Virus record (IMG/VR): IMGVR_UViG_3300042502_001066
Length of the DNA stretch: 64,000 bases
Strand: one strand, 5' to 3'
Source of the DNA: an uncultured virus (IMG/VR IMGVR_UViG_3300042502_001066)
Taxonomy: Duplodnaviria > Heunggongvirae > Uroviricota > Caudoviricetes
Shown one piece after another: positions 59,566 through 64,000 of this stretch. Position 1 is the stretch's first letter, and the number at the start of each line of letters is the position of its first letter. The notes beneath the pieces are model-generated. The model worked only from the letters and a program-made list of their open reading frames with translations, had not been told where the DNA came from and searched no databases. The position numbers were made by a program, and so were the translations under genes.

Positions 59566-59649
59566 TAAAAGATTTGAGATGAAGAGGTTGTAAAGATTCC
59601 TACTTCGGTAGGTTGTAAAGATTCCTCCTTCTTCTCTTTTTGAAAAAGC

Positions 59650-59661
59650 GTTCTTTGAAAC
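59650..59661 (+). promoter_or_regulatory. boxA-like antitermination element
   Basis: GTTCTTTGAAAC just after a leader hairpin, as in rrn leaders. Confidence 0.55.
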
Positions 59662-59669
59662 AAAAAGAT

Positions 59670-60557
59670 TATCCGTTCAGGAAACACAAAGTGTCGGTGA
59701 TATTATCCACCGAGTAAATGGCAGAAAGTCCGCAGCTTGAGTGTAACTGATAAACGATAATGGGCCGTGTATGGTCCTTAAATAAACTACGAAAGTAGGA
59801 TAAAGTGGTCTCCCCTGTGTTGAGGAGACTGCGGTTTGAAACCCCGTAAGGGGAATTGAACTCAAGTACACAAGTGGGATATCACCACACCGTAAGTACC
59901 GAGGATAACTTCGTAGGGAAAATGGTTGGGTGACTTGGGAAAGTAGATTCTCAAGTTGAGTTCGGAAGAACGATAAGAATAACCCATAGGAACTCTGTAA
60001 GAAATGTGACCATCCAGTTACACTATTGCGGGTCCCAATATGATAGAGGACTTAAAACCGAAAGGTAAGATGGAGAACGAGTGGTGTCGCTACTATCCCT
60101 AAGGAAGACCTACCAAGGTCTCTTTATGAAGTAATCTTGAAATATGGAGGTGGGGACACTTCACGGAGTAGTTTAGTATTCTGTCGCTCAAAAGGAGACA
60201 GAGCTTATGTTGGACCACTACTCTGACACATCTACAACACAACCCTAAAATTATTACAAAATAACAAAGGAAAAGTGTCCATCAGGTTTGAGTGAAAGGT
60301 GACTACATAGTAATGAGCCGTTCATTGCATACAGAGACCCCAAGTCAATGTGTATTGTTAAGAAAAACCTTTAGTCCCGCAAGGACGAACTGGGGTGGCA
60401 ACCTCGGAAAGAGTTAAGTACTGATAGAGTAATTCAAACCTCAAGGAGTGGTACACCTAAAATACCGTCACTAAGAAATACTACCCAAAAGGTGGTGGAT
60501 ACGAAGGGAAACAATAATCCTTCAAAAGTTTCTTAACATAAGCTGTAATCTCAGGCT
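59670..60557 (+). ncRNA. Large structured noncoding RNA, probably GOLLD-class (ends approximate)
   Basis: No credible ORF, GC-richer than flanks, many stems with GNRA loops (CTAC-GAAA-GTAG 59787, CCCC-GTAA-GGGG 59842, GTTC-GGAA-GAAC 59960, ACC-GAAA-GGT 60057), 3' TGTAATCTCAG hairpin, own promoters and terminator. Confidence 0.75.
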
Positions 60558-60567
60558 TTTCTAATCT

Positions 60568-60592
60568 GACCTGTCAATTGACGGGTTTTTTT
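60568..60592 (+). terminator. Intrinsic terminator of the giant RNA
   Basis: GACCTGTC-AATT-GACGGGTT plus T-run. Confidence 0.8.
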
Positions 60593-60613
60593 ATTTATAG
60601 ATACTTATAAACT

Positions 60614-60838
60614 ATGACAATATTAGAAAATCTTAAAGAGGTATTACCATCATGGGCGGTGGTAACACAAAAGGAACTACCATATAAGATGGAGTATGAG
60701 ATTAGACTTCAACCTACTTTGGATGAAGATGAACATTTTGCTTTAACACCAAAACTTAAAGAAGCTTGTCAGGGTAAGTTTATGGAAAGATACACTGTAG
60801 ATATTGGTGAACACTTTTATATTTATACAAAAAAGTAA
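60614..60838 (+). CDS. Hypothetical protein
   Basis: ORF with TATTTATA upstream. Confidence 0.55.
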   Translation: MTILENLKEVLPSWAVVTQKELPYKMEYEIRLQPTLDEDEHFALTPKLKEACQGKFMERYTVDIGEHFYIYTKK

Positions 60839-60840
60839 TC

Positions 60841-61026
60841 ATGATACCTAAAGAGATTAAAGAATTAGTTAACAAATACCCAAACAATTACGAGTTAGGT
60901 GAAGAAGTTAGAAAATATTATCACAAAAATAAACAGAAAGAAAATTTTAATTCTGGTGTTCTGTGGATTGGGGTTTTATTCTTTTTTATATTTGCTTCAC
61001 TCTTGACTTGGATTATAACCGTTTAA
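60841..61026 (+). CDS. Small protein with C-terminal TM helix
   Basis: YPNNYELGEEVR motif then hydrophobic tail. Confidence 0.55.
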   Translation: MIPKEIKELVNKYPNNYELGEEVRKYYHKNKQKENFNSGVLWIGVLFFFIFASLLTWIITV

Positions 61027-61066
61027 TTTCCTGACTTTAAACATATTTATAATAAAATTATAAATT

Positions 61067-61912
61067 ATGTTACTAAAAGTTGGGTCTAAAGGAGAAGACG
61101 TTAAACAACTCCAAGCAAAATTAGGATTAACTGCCGATGGTTCATTCGGTCCTAACACAGAGAAAAAAGTTAAAGAATGGCAAGCGGCTAACGGAATAAC
61201 CGCTGACGGAATCGTTGGGCCAGGAACTTGGTCTAAAATGTTCGGAGCGACAACTCAACCTGTTCAACCAGCACAAGTGGTTAAAGAAGATGTTGTTATT
61301 CCAACAAGTTCTGAGTTCAAATTACAAAATCTAAAAGGACATATTCCTGACGCAGTGATTGCTCAAATCCCTGAAACTGCTAAAAAATTCAATATCACTA
61401 ACCCATTAAGATTAGCTCATTTCTTGGCTCAGTGTGGACACGAGTCAGGTGGGTTTAAAGCTGTTTCTGAGAACCTTAACTATTCTGCTGACGGACTTAA
61501 GAAAATCTTTGGTAAGTATTTCCCTGGTAACTTAAACGAGTCATATGCTCGTCAACCTGAAAAGATTGCTTCACGTGTTTATGGAAGTAGAATGGGTAAT
61601 GGTGATGAGTCAACAGGTGAAGGTTTTAAATTCCGTGGAAGAGGATATATCCAGTTGACTGGTAAACAAAACTATACAAACTTCGCTAAGTTCATTGGTG
61701 AAGATACTGTGTCTAATCCTGATTTAGTTGCTACCAAATATCCTTTAGCCTCTGCGGCGTTCTTCTTTGATTCAAACAAACTTTGGTCAATCTGTGATAA
61801 GGGTTCTGATGTTGCAACTGTCACGGCAGTTACAAAACGAGTTAATGGCGGGGTTATAGGGCTCACTGACAGAATAAAACACTTCAACGAGTATTACAAC
61901 CTACTTAAATAA
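61067..61912 (+). CDS. Endolysin: peptidoglycan-binding domain + GH19 catalytic domain
   Basis: GSKGEDVKQLQ...ADGIVGPGT; AHFLAQCGHESG, FRGRGYIQLTG, TKRVNGG. Confidence 0.9.
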   Translation: MLLKVGSKGEDVKQLQAKLGLTADGSFGPNTEKKVKEWQAANGITADGIVGPGTWSKMFGATTQPVQPAQVVKEDVVIPTSSEFKLQNLKGHIPDAVIAQIPETAKKFNITNPLRLAHFLAQCGHESGGFKAVSENLNYSADGLKKIFGKYFPGNLNESYARQPEKIASRVYGSRMGNGDESTGEGFKFRGRGYIQLTGKQNYTNFAKFIGEDTVSNPDLVATKYPLASAAFFFDSNKLWSICDKGSDVATVTAVTKRVNGGVIGLTDRIKHFNEYYNLLK

Positions 61913-61915
61913 TCT

Positions 61916-61941
61916 AAGCCCCCTTGAAAAAGGGGGTTTTT
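61916..61941 (+). terminator. Intrinsic terminator
   Basis: AAGCCCCCTT-GAAA-AAGGGGGTTTTT. Confidence 0.8.
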
Positions 61942-62004
61942 GATTAATGTGTTGATTATGTAATTCAATTATTCTATTATTACCTAAACATAAAAAAACA
62001 AACT

Positions 62005-63057
62005 ATGAAAAAAATTAAATTATTTCTTTTAACCCTTTTCGCATTCATTGGAATGAGTGCATCATCACAAGTATTAACGTCTTTTAACGTTGATATAATT
62101 AACCTCGGAGGATGTCCATACACATTGTTCGGAAACTATTATGGAGGTGGTATTCAAGGTAGTATTACTTTAACACAACAACCTACAGGAAGTTATGTTG
62201 CAGTTGTACCAGCAATTGATAGTCTAAATGTTAGTATCTGTGCAATTTATACTTCACCATGTTTAGGTGAGACTTGTATAAATGAAACAATATATCTTGG
62301 GTCAGGACAAGGTGTTCAGACATTTACGATAGTACTTCAAAACCAAGACTCAGATTTTGATGGGTTCATGGATAACATTGACTGTAATCCATTTGACCCA
62401 TATATCTATCCAGGGGCACCTGAACTATGTTATGACGGTATTGATAACAACTGTGATGGTTTAATTGAGGCAATGCCGACAATTGATACTCTGTACTTTG
62501 TTCCTGATTCACTTGTATCTGAACCAAACACTATTTACGTGGTTTACCAAGGTTCAAATACTGTAGAATGGGAATGGTTTTTTGGAAATGGAGGAAATGG
62601 GACGAGTTCAAACGAACAATACCCAACCATTACATTCCCTACCTCAACGTTTACTTCACAAATGCTCCCGATTAACTTATACGCAATTTCCATTAATGGT
62701 TGTCAGGTTTATACTTCAATAAACTTTTCAATTGATAGTAATGGAGTTTGGACACCGGGTGGAATTTTAAATGATTATACCTTAAACGTTGTTCCTGAAT
62801 TTATAATTGGGGTTGAAGAAACAATGACTAATAACGTTAAAGTTTGGCCAAACCCTGTGTTAGGTATTGTTAATATTAACACACCATCAAATAGTGGAAC
62901 GTTAAGAGTTATGTCTATCGACGGAAGATGTGTTCACCAAGAAAAATATTTTACTAACAACATTCAGTTTGATTCTGAAACATTAAGTAATGGAACTTAT
63001 GTTATTACTCTTACTGACGATAGTGGTAAGTTTTACACAACAAGAATTATTAAATAA
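62005..63057 (+). CDS. Secreted protein with MopE-like Cys/Asp motif, PKD-like domain and T9SS type A C-terminal sorting domain
   Basis: Signal peptide ending SS-Q; DC...PGAPELC.DGIDNNCDG; VWPNP...DGR...L.NGTYVI...RIIK. Confidence 0.8.
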   Translation: MKKIKLFLLTLFAFIGMSASSQVLTSFNVDIINLGGCPYTLFGNYYGGGIQGSITLTQQPTGSYVAVVPAIDSLNVSICAIYTSPCLGETCINETIYLGSGQGVQTFTIVLQNQDSDFDGFMDNIDCNPFDPYIYPGAPELCYDGIDNNCDGLIEAMPTIDTLYFVPDSLVSEPNTIYVVYQGSNTVEWEWFFGNGGNGTSSNEQYPTITFPTSTFTSQMLPINLYAISINGCQVYTSINFSIDSNGVWTPGGILNDYTLNVVPEFIIGVEETMTNNVKVWPNPVLGIVNINTPSNSGTLRVMSIDGRCVHQEKYFTNNIQFDSETLSNGTYVITLTDDSGKFYTTRIIK

Positions 63058-63060
63058 TAA

Positions 63061-63084
63061 AATCCCCCTGAAACATGGGGGATT
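63061..63084. terminator. Terminator-like hairpin
   Basis: AATCCCCC-TGAAACAT-GGGGGATT. Confidence 0.6.
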
Positions 63085-63102
63085 ATAATTTTTATATCGG
63101 AT

Positions 63103-63366
63103 ATGAAAATTAAAATGGGTGTGGTTGAAAAACACCAATACGAAGGTGTTAGAGAATTTGAGGAAATTGACTTGGACAAATTTCCGATTATTAAACAATT
63201 TATGGATGTTAATCCAGATTGCACCGAACAGGAATTACTTTCTTATATTAAGAAAATCAAAGACGAAGAGTTCAAAAAATTCATAACAGAATTGAGTTGG
63301 AACTCTATCATTAAAGAAAACTTCAGTAAGAACAAAACTGAATTTAAAATAGAAATAGAGAAATGA
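63103..63366 (+). CDS. Hypothetical protein
   Basis: ORF coupled (ATGA) to rfbB. Confidence 0.55.
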   Translation: MKIKMGVVEKHQYEGVREFEEIDLDKFPIIKQFMDVNPDCTEQELLSYIKKIKDEEFKKFITELSWNSIIKENFSKNKTEFKIEIEK

Positions 63367-64000
63367 ATGTATTAATAACTGGTGGATTAGGTTTTATTGG
63401 TTCTAATTTTTATAATACCTTTAAAAAGAAATATCCTGACTATAATTTAGTCATCCTTGATAGTGGGACATATGCAGCGGATGAAGATAACATTGATGAT
63501 GTTAGAAGCTCTAGAATAATCAAATTTAGTATTACTGAACGAGAAAGATTATTTAAGTTATTTGAAAATTACAAGTTTGACTCGGTAATACACTTCGCGG
63601 CTGAATCACATGTTGATAACTCAATATTAAATCCGATGGAGTTTGTTCAAACAAATATTATTGGAACGTTGAATCTGTTGGACGCTTCAATTAAGTATGG
63701 TATTAAATTATTCTATCACATATCAACTGATGAGGTTTTTGGACATTTAGGTGCGGTGGGTTCTTTTGATGAGAAGACTGCTTATGACCCAAGAAGTCCT
63801 TACTCAGCATCAAAGGCATCATCCGACCACTTTGTTAGAGCTTACTACCACACTTATGGATTACCTGTTGTGATATCAAATTGTTCAAATAACTTTGGAC
63901 CAAACCAACATCAAGAAAAATTAATTCCAACAATCATTAAAAGTATCCTTAATGGGAAACCAATACCAGTTTATGGTAACGGACAGAATGTGAGGGACTG
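63363..64000 (+). CDS. rfbB: dTDP-glucose 4,6-dehydratase, truncated by window end
   Basis: Hand translation: ITGGLGFIGSN, HFAAESHVDNSI, ISTDEVFG, SPYSASKA, SNCSNNFGP. Confidence 0.9.
   Translation, partial: MNVLITGGLGFIGSNFYNTFKKKYPDYNLVILDSGTYAADEDNIDDVRSSRIIKFSITERERLFKLFENYKFDSVIHFAAESHVDNSILNPMEFVQTNIIGTLNLLDASIKYGIKLFYHISTDEVFGHLGAVGSFDEKTAYDPRSPYSASKASSDHFVRAYYHTYGLPVVISNCSNNFGPNQHQEKLIPTIIKSILNGKPIPVYGNGQNVRD

Noticed and set aside
59721..59736. GAAAGTCCG resembling the RNase P RNA P4 motif
   Set aside because: No matching 3' P4 partner motif found, and the RNA is about twice the usual RNase P length
59677..59871. 64-aa minus-strand ORF
   Set aside because: Lies antisense within the structured RNA, with atypical composition and no expression signals
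59670..60557. Group I/II intron or rRNA fragment
   Set aside because: Not inside a gene, has its own promoters and terminator; no group II domain V/GUGYG or rRNA universal motifs recognised
1..64000. Stop-codon reassignment as in some large phages
   Set aside because: Recognisable genes are full length under the standard code, and TAA, TAG and TGA all act as stops
1..64000. Retron, DGR, integrase or transposase system
   Set aside because: No reverse transcriptase, recombinase or transposase motifs, and no template/variable repeat pair seen
1..64000. Eukaryotic giant virus or bacterial chromosome origin
   Set aside because: Sigma factor, endolysin, gp46/47-like pair and bacterial promoters and terminators, with no housekeeping operons, fit a large phage

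Overview
This AT-rich, densely coded window (standard genetic code) is best read as part of a large tailed (jumbo-type) phage genome infecting a Bacteroidota host. Host evidence: TTTG-N19/20-TAnnTTTG promoters, a Bacteroidota-type primary sigma factor, an Hc1-like histone protein, signal peptides followed by Gln, and a T9SS C-terminal domain protein. Layout: Gly-rich and Thr/Pro-rich, Cys-module virion proteins (1-12.5 kb); RuvC-like resolvase, primase, exonuclease, a putative R-M pair, SbcD/SbcC and sigma factor (9-22 kb); membrane/lysis-like and acidic head-like genes, Hc1 and DnaJ (22-31 kb); a 12-kb glycosylation island ending in a TibC/Aah-type heptosyltransferase (31-43 kb); accessory genes (two further DNA methyltransferases, redoxins, DHH, GNAT, Nudix); a GH19 endolysin, a T9SS cargo and a partial rfbB. 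Main observations: (1) a ~0.9-kb highly structured noncoding RNA, probably GOLLD-class, transcribed like an rRNA operon (tandem promoters, leader hairpin, boxA-like element, terminator); (2) unrelated proteins sharing a TATTTAT upstream motif and a T4-like N-terminal (I/L/V)xE peptide, suggesting capsid-packaged effectors; (3) a possible virion protein-glycosylation system whose enzymes share a TibC-like beta-barrel module. Several small ORFs and a candidate small RNA missed by the ORF track are added. All family assignments come from motif recognition by eye, not from database searches.
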